Positions 18,973 through 27,360 of a stretch of 64,000 bases of DNA are shown here, piece after piece (the stretch's first letter is position 1; the number at the start of each line of letters is the position of its first letter). Source of the stretch: Candidatus Sysuiplasma acidicola (GTDB lineage Archaea > Thermoplasmatota > Thermoplasmata > Sysuiplasmatales > Sysuiplasmataceae); contig JAHEAA010000002.1 of NCBI GenBank assembly GCA_019721035.1, forward strand, positions 76,020 to 140,019, written 5' to 3'. The position numbers and the translations under genes are program-made. The notes under the pieces were generated by a model. That model made no database searches. It worked only from the letters and a program-made list of their open reading frames with translations, and was not told the DNA's origin.

Positions 18973-20394
18973 GTGTCGGTAAGTGACGGCACAGGGATGG
19001 GTGCAGTGAGCTCTGACTCCGGGCGTTATAACTGGTTTTATTCATTTTTCCTGACGAATGTACCAAATGGCGGTACTGCCCCGCTGATACCGTTGTTCCT
19101 TGTGGTCGCGTTTTCAGGCACAGTCTTGCAGGTCGGACTCGTCACCGCAGCGACTTCAGTTGCGTCCATTCCTGCATTTATAGTCTGGGGCAATCTTTCA
19201 GATCACCTTCACATGAGGAGGGTTTTCATCATCGAAGGGTTTGCAGGCCTCGCCGTATCCATGCTTGTTATGGCGTTCAGCGTTAACTTCCTCATGTTCT
19301 TCATAGCGAACTTTCTCCTTGGCCTGCTCTACACTGCCAGCGCTCCGGCGGCCACAGCACTGCTCATAGAACAAACGCCGCGTGAGCTTTGGTCAACAAT
19401 GCTGGGCAAGTTCAGCAGACTAGGTGGTGCAGGTTATCTGGCGGGCCTGCTTCTTGGAGCACTCTGGTTCGAGGCATTGCCATCAACCGCATTCGACATG
19501 CGCCTGTTTTTCACTACTGTCGGCATCATAGCGGTTGCCGGCACATTCCTCGCTGTTTTTCAGATAAAAGAGAAGCGCGGTGAGACTCGTAGCGGACGCA
19601 AAGGCAACCACTGGAACACGATTGCAACTGTTCCGCTCGGTCTGAACGAACGGGCGAAATATCTTCCTTCGCGGATTGGCTCTTTTGCCAGGCTCGCGAC
19701 TCCGACATCGGGGGAGAGAGCCGAGCTCGGACGGAGGCTCATGATCTATTATCTCGTCACCATACTAATATCCACAGGCTTTACGAGCTTCTACGCTGTG
19801 TATCCTAACTATCTGGTCGATTATCTGGGTCCCAGATACGGCATCAGGGAACCCTCGGTTTTCATCATCTATATCGGAAGCTCGCTTGCGTCGACGCTCA
19901 GTTACGGTGCAGTTTCAAAATTTTCTTCCGCCATCGGAGAGAAGAAGCTGCAGGCCACTGCCCTTGCAGCACGCGTCCTGCTCATACCGTCATTCTTCGC
20001 AGCGCCTTTTTTTCTTCACAGCAGTTCTGAAGTTTTTATATCCATGCTTGGGCTGAATGCAGCGATGGGCCTCTGCTGGGCCGTAATAAGTGTAACGGGA
20101 CAATCCATCGTTGCCGGTATGGCCGGACCACATACAAGAGGAGAGGCGATAGGACTGTATAACTCGTCCCTCGGAATAGGTGCCATATCCGGAGCACTGA
20201 CTGCAGGACTGATTACCGAATTGTCCGGATATTTCACCGACTTCCTCTTCTCATCGCTTTCCATTGTGTCAGGCATGCTTGTCCTGGCAGGATTGGACGT
20301 GCGATCTGCGAGAGTTGCTCCAGCAAGCAAGACGGAAGAGAACAGGCGCAAAGGACTGATGAAGCGCATCAGACTGATGATAGGAATGAATTAA
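18973..20394 (+). CDS. MFS transporter
   Basis: About 12 predicted TM helices with an inter-domain loop, 473 aa. Confidence 0.8.
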   Translation: MSVSDGTGMGAVSSDSGRYNWFYSFFLTNVPNGGTAPLIPLFLVVAFSGTVLQVGLVTAATSVASIPAFIVWGNLSDHLHMRRVFIIEGFAGLAVSMLVMAFSVNFLMFFIANFLLGLLYTASAPAATALLIEQTPRELWSTMLGKFSRLGGAGYLAGLLLGALWFEALPSTAFDMRLFFTTVGIIAVAGTFLAVFQIKEKRGETRSGRKGNHWNTIATVPLGLNERAKYLPSRIGSFARLATPTSGERAELGRRLMIYYLVTILISTGFTSFYAVYPNYLVDYLGPRYGIREPSVFIIYIGSSLASTLSYGAVSKFSSAIGEKKLQATALAARVLLIPSFFAAPFFLHSSSEVFISMLGLNAAMGLCWAVISVTGQSIVAGMAGPHTRGEAIGLYNSSLGIGAISGALTAGLITELSGYFTDFLFSSLSIVSGMLVLAGLDVRSARVAPASKTEENRRKGLMKRIRLMIGMN

Positions 20395-20412
20395 TGCTAC
20401 GAAGCATCTGCA

Positions 20413-21636
20413 TCAGAGTCTTGATAATATCTTATTCACTTCGTCCTCAAGAGTCGCGGACCCCGTCCCCCCGTCGCCCGAGCCAAGCTCCGTCAATTCC
20501 GCACGGAGCTCCTCGACACTCTTCTCAAGCTCCTGTCTGATCTGAACAAATATCTCGAGATTTTTGCCGGCCTCCTGTCTAACCGATTCCTTTTCCTTCC
20601 GGATGCTGTCAGTGCCTTCAAATGTGATAGTCAATTCCCTGAGTCTCGTGATTTCATCTTCAAGCGCCTGCTTTCTTTCTCTGGCCTTAAGGACCTTGTT
20701 GTAATCAGTAAGTGCTTCGGAATTATTGTGTATGTAGTTAAGCGCACTCCTGATCAGATCGTTCCCGATTAAACTCAGGGGGTCATCATCCGCCAGTTCA
20801 GCCGTGAATTTGTCCAGTCGTGAAATTGCGACATCCACATCCCACTCAGTCAGCTCTCTGCTTCCAGACTTGACAACACTGCTGGTCATTTCACGTATTC
20901 TCGGCATCACTCTGACAACCGGATCTAGCAACGAGCCTGATGAATGAAGAAAGCTCTTCAGCTTCTCCATGGCCTCCGTCTCCTCTACGATTGCTGAGCG
21001 CAGACTCGATTTAGCCTCGTCCATTGCACGCAGGAGCTCCCGTTTCTTTTCCTCCTGTCTGGCGCCGGCGACCGTTTCAATGTCAAGAAACCCTTCGGGC
21101 TTTGGAATCTTTTGCCTGTATGCCTGCAGCTCATCTGTAAGATCAGCGATCTTCTTTCTGAGATAGAGAATATTCTCGATTTTTCCGTCAATTTCCTCAA
21201 GCCTTTCAAACATTCGCTGCTCTTTTTTGGAAAAACTCGAATAGTTGAAAATCTCCCTGTCCAGTTCGGCGACCGTTTCCTCAATCCGTTCCAATGCAAC
21301 CTGAAGTTGCTTTTTTCTGGCAGGTTCGCAATCCAATTTTAACAGAGGCGGCTTGAGTTTTTCCGATATTTTTGCCGGTTTCATTCTGAGAGCCTCCCTG
21401 AGATCCGGGAATCCGCCATGCCTCAGGAAGAGTTTCATTTGCTTTACGTCCTTGGGGGAGTAATCGCTGAGGAGCAGTTTGTAGAACTGCTGGAGTTGCA
21501 TCACAGCCCTTTTTTGTAAATCTCTTATCGTCTTGTCCGAGCTTTCACTCTTTCTGGCCTCCTCCAGCTTGGTGGTGATGCTCTTCCGGGTCTTCTCCAA
21601 CTTGTCGAAATCATAGGGGATGTCGCTCTCCTGCAT
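20413..21636 (-). CDS. Coiled-coil protein, function unknown (407 aa)
   Basis: Long ORF with heptad-like K/E/L/R-rich composition throughout and no enzymatic motif. Convergent with the MFS gene. Confidence 0.5.
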   Translation of the reverse strand: MQESDIPYDFDKLEKTRKSITTKLEEARKSESSDKTIRDLQKRAVMQLQQFYKLLLSDYSPKDVKQMKLFLRHGGFPDLREALRMKPAKISEKLKPPLLKLDCEPARKKQLQVALERIEETVAELDREIFNYSSFSKKEQRMFERLEEIDGKIENILYLRKKIADLTDELQAYRQKIPKPEGFLDIETVAGARQEEKKRELLRAMDEAKSSLRSAIVEETEAMEKLKSFLHSSGSLLDPVVRVMPRIREMTSSVVKSGSRELTEWDVDVAISRLDKFTAELADDDPLSLIGNDLIRSALNYIHNNSEALTDYNKVLKARERKQALEDEITRLRELTITFEGTDSIRKEKESVRQEAGKNLEIFVQIRQELEKSVEELRAELTELGSGDGGTGSATLEDEVNKILSRL

Positions 21637-21789
21637 CGTTCCGAGTATTCGCTCTTCTACAATTAATGTTTCTTTGCGGATGCCTCATTTGTCTATACAG
21701 CCAGTGTCGGCTGCCATAAGACAACAGTATGCCGGGCCTCAGCGACAGCAAACTTTTAACATTAGGTCGGTTAATCGCCTTAAGTCGAA

Positions 21790-21874
21790 GCAGGGATAAC
21801 CAAGCTTGGCCAAAGGTGCCAGATTCAGGGTCTGGTTGCGCAGGCATTCGGGGGTTCAAATCCTCCTCCCTGCA
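21790..21874 (+). tRNA. tRNA-Leu (anticodon CAG), type II with long variable arm
   Basis: Hand-folded cloverleaf: acceptor GCAGGGA/TCCCTGC, 3-bp D stem ACC/GGT, anticodon stem CCAGA/TCTGG with loop TTCAGGG, long variable arm, T arm GGGGG-TTCAAAT-CCTCC, discriminator A. CCA is not encoded. Confidence 0.8.
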
Positions 21875-21949
21875 CCGTTATTGGTGCTCAAAGTTCAAGT
21901 CATGAAAACGGCGAAGAGTACAGGGACCGGTGCAAAACCAGTGTAACTA

Positions 21950-22702
21950 ATGAGATATGCTGATATGTTCACTATAGAATTCAGGGAATATATTCATGAA
22001 AGAATCCTGGAATTTGCAAAGGCAGACAAACGAATAAGTCAAGCGGCTCTGGTTGGTTCTACCTCAGAAACGCCTGATCGCTGGTCAGATTTGGACATCA
22101 CGTTTGGCGTTTCCTCAAAATCCAACATTGAAGATGTACTGCGGGATTGGACATCGCATTTTGAATTTGTATTCAACGGGGTTTCACTATTCGACATTAC
22201 ATACAAAAGTTCAGTGTATATGGTGTTTATTCTTCCCGGTGGCCTTCAAGTTGATATCTCTTTCACTCCAGAATCCGACTTCGGTCCCCATGGACCCAGG
22301 TTCAGACTGTTATATGGTAATGTGAATAAAAGAATCCTTCACGAGGAGCCAGATCCAAAGCGTATGTTCGGGATGGCTGTACATCATTTACTAAGAACGC
22401 GTGTTTGTCTCGAACGCAGGAAAATTTGGCAGGCGGAATACTGGCTAAGCTCAGCCCGAAACGAACTCTTGTCCATTATCTGCATTAACCACAAATTACC
22501 TTACTCGAATGGAAAAGGATATGATAAACTGCCAAAAGAAGTGGTGGATTCTTTCACTCCAGCCTTTCCAAAATCACTAAACGGGATTGAATTGTGCATG
22601 GCCTTAAAGATTCTGATAGAAAACATCCCTAACAACAAGGAATTTTCACTGTTCTTGACTCAAAGGTTGGAAAACATATTGAAAGAGTTGATATCATCGT
22701 GA
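21950..22702 (+). CDS. Nucleotidyltransferase-domain protein, ANT(6)/Lnu-like (aminoglycoside/lincosamide nucleotidyltransferase fold)
   Basis: LVGSTSETPDRWSDLDITFGV matches the GS-x(n)-[DE]-x-[DE] minimal NTase motif of the KNTase/ANT(6)/Lnu families, followed by an all-helical C-terminal domain. The gene is clearly lower in GC than its neighbours. Confidence 0.6.
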   Translation: MRYADMFTIEFREYIHERILEFAKADKRISQAALVGSTSETPDRWSDLDITFGVSSKSNIEDVLRDWTSHFEFVFNGVSLFDITYKSSVYMVFILPGGLQVDISFTPESDFGPHGPRFRLLYGNVNKRILHEEPDPKRMFGMAVHHLLRTRVCLERRKIWQAEYWLSSARNELLSIICINHKLPYSNGKGYDKLPKEVVDSFTPAFPKSLNGIELCMALKILIENIPNNKEFSLFLTQRLENILKELISS

Positions 22703-22801
22703 GCGGTCACTCTTACACTTTTCCAACTTGAGCAGATATGCTAATAACCGAAATGAAATTTTGATTTGTTAAAAGATGCGAAGATCGGCCGCAAGTTGTA
22801 G

Positions 22802-22886
22802 TGCGGAGGGCCGGATTTGAACCGGCGAACCCCTGCGAGACAAGACCCTCAATCTTGCGCCGTTGACCATGCTTGGCTACCTCCGC
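22802..22886 (-). tRNA. tRNA-Leu (anticodon GAG), type II
   Basis: Reverse strand: acceptor GCGGAGG/CCTCCGC, D stem GCC/GGC, anticodon stem CAAGA/TCTTG with loop TTGAGGG, long variable arm, T arm GCCGG-TTCAAAT-CCGGC, discriminator A. Confidence 0.8.
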
Positions 22887-22997
22887 TCTGCAGGTACGAC
22901 TGGAAAACAGCAGTGGTATTAAGCTTTTATTTACAGGCTTATGTCTGTTCAAAAGCAGGCTGAGTGCAGATTATGGTTGAATAAATCCAAGATGCTT

Positions 22998-23963
22998 TCA
23001 GTTCAAGTGCAGATTCCTGTCTCCTTTTTTTGACCGGAACTGCAAATTTACTATCATATCGGACACCATGCCCGGCATGTCAAATTTCGGGTTAAATCCC
23101 CATTCTCTAACTGCGCATGTTGAGTCGACGGAAGCGGGCCATGAATCGGCAATTTTCTGTCTTCCGTCAGGTGAGTACTTTGTTGTAAAATCGGGAAAAT
23201 GTTTCTGGAGCTCCTTTTCGAGTTCTGCCGGAGTGAAATCGAATGCAGCCACGTTGAAATCTGTTCTATGTGTCAGACCAGAAGCAGGCGCTTCTGCTAT
23301 GTTTACAAGTGATTCTATTGCGTCAGGCATATACATCATTGGAAGCCTGGTGTCATTTTTAAGGAAACATTCATAATTGCGGCTGGAAACAGCTGCTCGT
23401 ATCATCTCTATCGCGTAGTCTGTCGTTCCACCGCCGGGTGCAGTCTTGTAGCTTATTATGCCAGGAAATCTCATGCCTCTGGCGTCAATAAGGCCCCTTC
23501 TGCTGTAATATTCACAGAGTTCCTCGCAGAAAAGCTTCGTTATGCCGTATATCGTCGAGGGCCTGGTGACGGTGTCCACTGGCACATTGTTTTTTGGTGT
23601 CGTGGGTCCGAACACTCCTATTGTGCTAGGCAGAATAAATCGCTCTACGCCGGAATGCATGGCCGCGTCGAGCACGTTTTTTGTACCGATAAGATTGACA
23701 TTGAATGCCAATTCGGGTTGCTCTTCTCCCCTTGCCGAAAGCACTCCCGCGAGATGAAACACAACTGTAGCAGCTGTGTCTGAGAATGTCCTGAAGACCG
23801 ACGGCCTGTCCGTGACGTCGAGGGAAACGAACTCACAGTGAGTGTCAGCAGGCTTTTTTATGTCGGTCGCCACAACGTTTTCACTGCCGTACCGAAGACA
23901 AAGTTCCCTGACGAGCTCGGAACCTATCTGACCGCATGAACCTGTAACAATTATTCGTTTCAT
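22998..23963 (-). CDS. tdh: L-threonine 3-dehydrogenase, SDR/UDP-galactose-4-epimerase-like type
   Basis: Start MKRIIVTGSCGQIGSELV (GxxGxxG); extended-SDR core with YxxxK (YGITKLF). It is divergently paired with kbl, the classical tdh-kbl arrangement. The supplied ORF has 33 extra N-terminal codons. Confidence 0.8.
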   Translation of the reverse strand: MKRIIVTGSCGQIGSELVRELCLRYGSENVVATDIKKPADTHCEFVSLDVTDRPSVFRTFSDTAATVVFHLAGVLSARGEEQPELAFNVNLIGTKNVLDAAMHSGVERFILPSTIGVFGPTTPKNNVPVDTVTRPSTIYGITKLFCEELCEYYSRRGLIDARGMRFPGIISYKTAPGGGTTDYAIEMIRAAVSSRNYECFLKNDTRLPMMYMPDAIESLVNIAEAPASGLTHRTDFNVAAFDFTPAELEKELQKHFPDFTTKYSPDGRQKIADSWPASVDSTCAVREWGFNPKFDMPGMVSDMIVNLQFRSKKGDRNLHLN

Positions 23964-24047
23964 CAAACTCACACGTGCAACAAGAAACAGCCTTGCGGGG
24001 AGTAGCATTGAGAACTTATTTAAGCCTACTTCGGCTACGCAACTGCT

Positions 24048-25232
24048 GTGACAAAAAACCATCCATGGATAGCTGAAGAACTGAAGGGAATCAGGGATGC
24101 CGGACGATACGTACCCATCAGAGCGCTGCAGTCACCGCAGGGAGCATGGGTCACCATCGGCAGGAGAAAATTACTGAATCTCTGCTCAAACAACTATCTT
24201 GGCTATGCCAACCATCCTGAGGTGAAACGCGCCGCGATAGATGCAATCGAAGCGTATGGTGTCGGTGCAGGTGCTGTGAGGAGCATTGCCGGGACGTCGG
24301 AACTTCATGTAATGCTTGAAGAGGAGATTGCGTCGTTTAAACACATGGAGGCAGCACTCGTGTTTCAGGGTGGCCTGCTAGCTAACGCCGGCACCATTCC
24401 TGTTCTGGTCGGCAAGGATGATGTAGTGTTCAGCGAGGAGCTGAACCATGCGAGCATCATCGACGGCGTAAGATTGAGTTCTGCGAAGCGTATTGTTTAC
24501 AGGCATGTGGATGTGGAGGATTTGGGAAGACAGCTGAACCAGCACAGATCAGATGGAAAGAGATCCCTCATCATAACAGACGGTGTGTTCAGCATGGACG
24601 GGGACATTGCGCCGCTCGACAGGATCGCTCAGCAGGGCATGGACTCTGACTCAATGATATATGTTGATGACGCTCACGGGGAAGGTGTTCTGGGAGACCA
24701 CGGTCGTGGCATAGTCGATCATTTCAGCCTTACAGATCGTGTCGATGTGGAAATGGGCACATTTTCAAAGGCAATTGGAAGCATGGGAGGCTTCGTAGCC
24801 GGTTCATCCGAATTGATAGAACTTCTGAGACAGAGATCTCGCCCATTCCTCTTCAGCAGCGCGCTGAATCCCGGGGATGCAGCCGCAGTTCTCAAATCGA
24901 TTCAGCTCATGAAATCAGATGATTCGCCGCTCAGACGCCTTTGGGCTAATTCGGGATCTCTGAAGTCCGGGTTGAGGGCTGCAGGGTATGACACAGGCAA
25001 TAGCAAGACTCCAATCACTCCGGTCATGATAGGGGATGAAAAGAAAACTGTGGAGCTTAGCAGGGTTCTGTATGAGGAGGAATCACTTTTCGCCTCCCCA
25101 ATTGTGTATCCGACAGTCGCGCCCGGGGCTGCAAGAATCAGACTGATGCCGTCTTCTGTTCACAGCGACGATGACATCAGATTTGCGATTGATGCGTTCC
25201 GCGCAGCAGGCTCAAAGCTTGGACTTGTCTGA
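24048..25232 (+). CDS. kbl: 2-amino-3-ketobutyrate CoA ligase (glycine C-acetyltransferase), alpha-oxoamine synthase family
   Basis: PLP-dependent AONS-family motifs (NNYLGYANHPEV, DDAHGEGVLGDHGRG, GTFSKAIGSMGGF) plus tdh adjacency. Confidence 0.85.
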   Translation: MTKNHPWIAEELKGIRDAGRYVPIRALQSPQGAWVTIGRRKLLNLCSNNYLGYANHPEVKRAAIDAIEAYGVGAGAVRSIAGTSELHVMLEEEIASFKHMEAALVFQGGLLANAGTIPVLVGKDDVVFSEELNHASIIDGVRLSSAKRIVYRHVDVEDLGRQLNQHRSDGKRSLIITDGVFSMDGDIAPLDRIAQQGMDSDSMIYVDDAHGEGVLGDHGRGIVDHFSLTDRVDVEMGTFSKAIGSMGGFVAGSSELIELLRQRSRPFLFSSALNPGDAAAVLKSIQLMKSDDSPLRRLWANSGSLKSGLRAAGYDTGNSKTPITPVMIGDEKKTVELSRVLYEEESLFASPIVYPTVAPGAARIRLMPSSVHSDDDIRFAIDAFRAAGSKLGLV

Positions 25233-25352
25233 ACTCTCGCGCATGAGCATTCCAAGGATGCAATACATTGTTGGCATAAGGTGCAACGTGCCTGCTGGAA
25301 TACCGATGTGTCTACGCAAAGATTATTACCGTTCAGGAGAATGCGAGTCCTG

Positions 25353-25650
25353 CCAGGAGAAGAAGGGCGGCCGACGGTAGCCATCTCAGGATGGCAGCTG
25401 AGGAAAGTCCCCTCTCCAGAGAAAGGTGGCCTGTTTAAACGCAGGGGGGCGAGAGCCCCGGCAAGGGCGCAGAAACGACACAGCCAGGATGCAGAATGAT
25501 TCGCCCGGCGATGACGTTGTCCTGGATTTGATGAAACGGCGACACCCCATCGGAGCAAGTCCAAATGGCCGGCATTTCTCAAATCCGGCAGGTAGGACGC
25601 ATTAGTCGAATGCTGCCTGAAACAGAAAGGGGCTTACTACCTTCACCTGG
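25353..25650 (+). ncRNA. rnpB: Candidate RNase P RNA
   Basis: Universal P4 5' motif GAGGAAAGUCC at 25400..25410 and the P4 3' motif ACAGAAAGGGGCUUA at 25622..25636. The two strands are complementary, including the conserved U-G wobble (AAGUCCC / GGGGCUU). P2 is GGUAG (25376..25380) / CUACC (25637..25641). P3 is a hairpin CCAUC-UCAG-GAUGG immediately 5' of the P4 motif. There is candidate P1 pairing between 25353..25361 and 25642..25650. The exact ends are uncertain. Confidence 0.55.
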
Positions 25651-25733
25651 CTCTGTTGAGCTGATGTCAAGCATAAGATTTATTAAGGCAAGATTATTTA
25701 TTCTATTAACATAATATTGAGTTGGGTCAGGAA

Positions 25734-25865
25734 ATGGAAAAATGCGAGCGCTGCAAGAAGCGGTTCGACACGCCGCTCAAACTGTACATACATTTGGTTG
25801 AGAAACATGAAGTGACCGATGATGAGGCCAGAAGGATTTCATGGCCCAAAGGAGCATTGCTCTAA
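25734..25865 (+). CDS. Small C2H2-type zinc-finger protein (43 aa); not in the supplied ORF track
   Basis: ATG at 25734; translation MEKCERCKKRFDTPLKLYIHLVEKHEVTDDEARRISWPKGALL gives C-x2-C-x12-H-x4-H. An A/T-rich TATA-like block (25697..25718) lies 17 to 38 bp upstream. Confidence 0.45.
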   Translation: MEKCERCKKRFDTPLKLYIHLVEKHEVTDDEARRISWPKGALL

Positions 25866-25878
25866 ACGCGAATGACAT

Positions 25879-27108
25879 TCAGGACTCCAGCTTGAAATTC
25901 AATCCTTTTCTTCTGAATGAATCGATCAGTTTGTCGAGATGAAGGCTGTCTTCCACCTCGACAACGATCCTTGCGCGGAATCTGTTCAGTACTTCGGTCG
26001 AAATGCCTGAACTCTCCTGAAGGCTCATTACGGTGGCTCCGCCTTCGGCAATCAGATTCAGAGCGTCGCGCATCGCGCCGGGCCTGTCAGGTATGTCAAA
26101 TTCAATGGCTGCAATCCTCCTGTGCATAATCATCCCCCTCATGATCATCTTCCTCACCAGACTCAGATCAACGTTTCCTCCGCTCAGGACGAGACCGACT
26201 CTCTTCCCCTCTACACTGAGCTTTCCGGAAAGCAGTAGTGCAAGAGTCGCGGCTGCGGCTCCCTCCACGAGCAGTTTCGAACGCTCCAGCAGCATGAACA
26301 TCGCCTCTGTTATCTCGTCCTCGCTGACTGTATATATGGCATCGACAAGCCTGGAGACTATGCTGAAGGCCAATTCGCCGGGTTGTTTTATGGCAATGCC
26401 GTCGGCTATCGTTTCCCCTGCTTTCCCCCTGACTATTCTTCCTTTCCTGAGCGATTCTGCGAACGCGGGCATCGCGGCACTCTGGACACCGACTATATGT
26501 GTACCGGGACTGAGCTCCTTCATCGCGACAGCCACGCCAGAAATCAGGCCCCCTCCACCAACCGGAACAATGAGATAATCAAGGTTTCTGTTCTCCCTCG
26601 CGATTTCCATGCCGAGTGTACCCTGTCCTGCGATGACCAAAGGGTCGTTGTATCCGTGAACAAACGTTAATCCGCGCTGCTTCTGAATTTCTATCGACTT
26701 CGAGAGCGCATCGTCGAACGAAGCACCGTGGAGCACGACATCAGCCCCGTAGCTCCTTGTTGCAGCAACTTTGGCCAGCGATGCGTACTGCGGCATGACG
26801 ACAACGCTCTTTATGCCGTTAAGTGTCGCTGATAGCGCAACGCCCTGTGCGTGGTTGCCGGCCGAAGCTGTTATCACGCCGCGTTCCTTCTGTTTTGCAG
26901 TCATATTGTATATCTTGTTGTATGAGCCGCGCATCTTGAACGATCCTGTACGCTGCAAATTTTCCATTTTAAGAAAAACGGTGCATCCGAACTTTTTTGA
27001 ATAAGAGGAGGAAGTGTCAAAGGGGGTTTTGCTAACGACCCGACTCACTATGTCAGATGCTTTCTCGATATCGTCGAACCGGACGGTCTTGCCCTGTGCA
27101 GCAGTCAT
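25879..27108 (-). CDS. ilvA: Threonine ammonia-lyase (threonine dehydratase), PLP-dependent, with C-terminal regulatory domain
   Basis: PLP lysine motif GSFKMRGSYN, glycine-rich loop GGGGLISGVA, 409 aa with an ACT-like C-terminus. Confidence 0.85.
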   Translation of the reverse strand: MTAAQGKTVRFDDIEKASDIVSRVVSKTPFDTSSSYSKKFGCTVFLKMENLQRTGSFKMRGSYNKIYNMTAKQKERGVITASAGNHAQGVALSATLNGIKSVVVMPQYASLAKVAATRSYGADVVLHGASFDDALSKSIEIQKQRGLTFVHGYNDPLVIAGQGTLGMEIARENRNLDYLIVPVGGGGLISGVAVAMKELSPGTHIVGVQSAAMPAFAESLRKGRIVRGKAGETIADGIAIKQPGELAFSIVSRLVDAIYTVSEDEITEAMFMLLERSKLLVEGAAAATLALLLSGKLSVEGKRVGLVLSGGNVDLSLVRKMIMRGMIMHRRIAAIEFDIPDRPGAMRDALNLIAEGGATVMSLQESSGISTEVLNRFRARIVVEVEDSLHLDKLIDSFRRKGLNFKLES

Positions 27109-27294
27109 GTATCATTCAATAGACAAGGCTGATTTAAAGTTGCGTGGTCGTAGTTGAGTAATACATTCTTTGCGAAAACAGATGCCAGTGTTCGGTTAGT
27201 ACCTGAATGAACGGTGCTGCCAAATGCTCAAAACCAATACAATTCCTAATAGAATGAAAAGCATTATTATTATGACCGCATTAAGGCGGCGTCG

Positions 27295-27322
27295 CTCTGC
27301 CAGCCAGACGAATCTGGCAGAG
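27295..27322. promoter_or_regulatory. Perfect 9-bp inverted repeat (CTCTGCCAG-10 nt-CTGGCAGAG) in the leader/promoter region of the metE-like operon
   Basis: Read directly from the sequence, 39 bp upstream of ATG 27361. It could form an RNA hairpin or be a dimeric operator. Confidence 0.4.
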
Positions 27323-27360
27323 AAACAATTGCGTGAAAGCACAGTTGCAGTGGTAATATT

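Noticed and set aside
25160-25582. 140-aa minus-strand ORF and two small + ORFs in the kbl-ilvA gap
   Set aside because: The region carries RNase P RNA hallmark motifs with complementary P4 strands. The ORFs are most likely spurious readings of a structured RNA gene.
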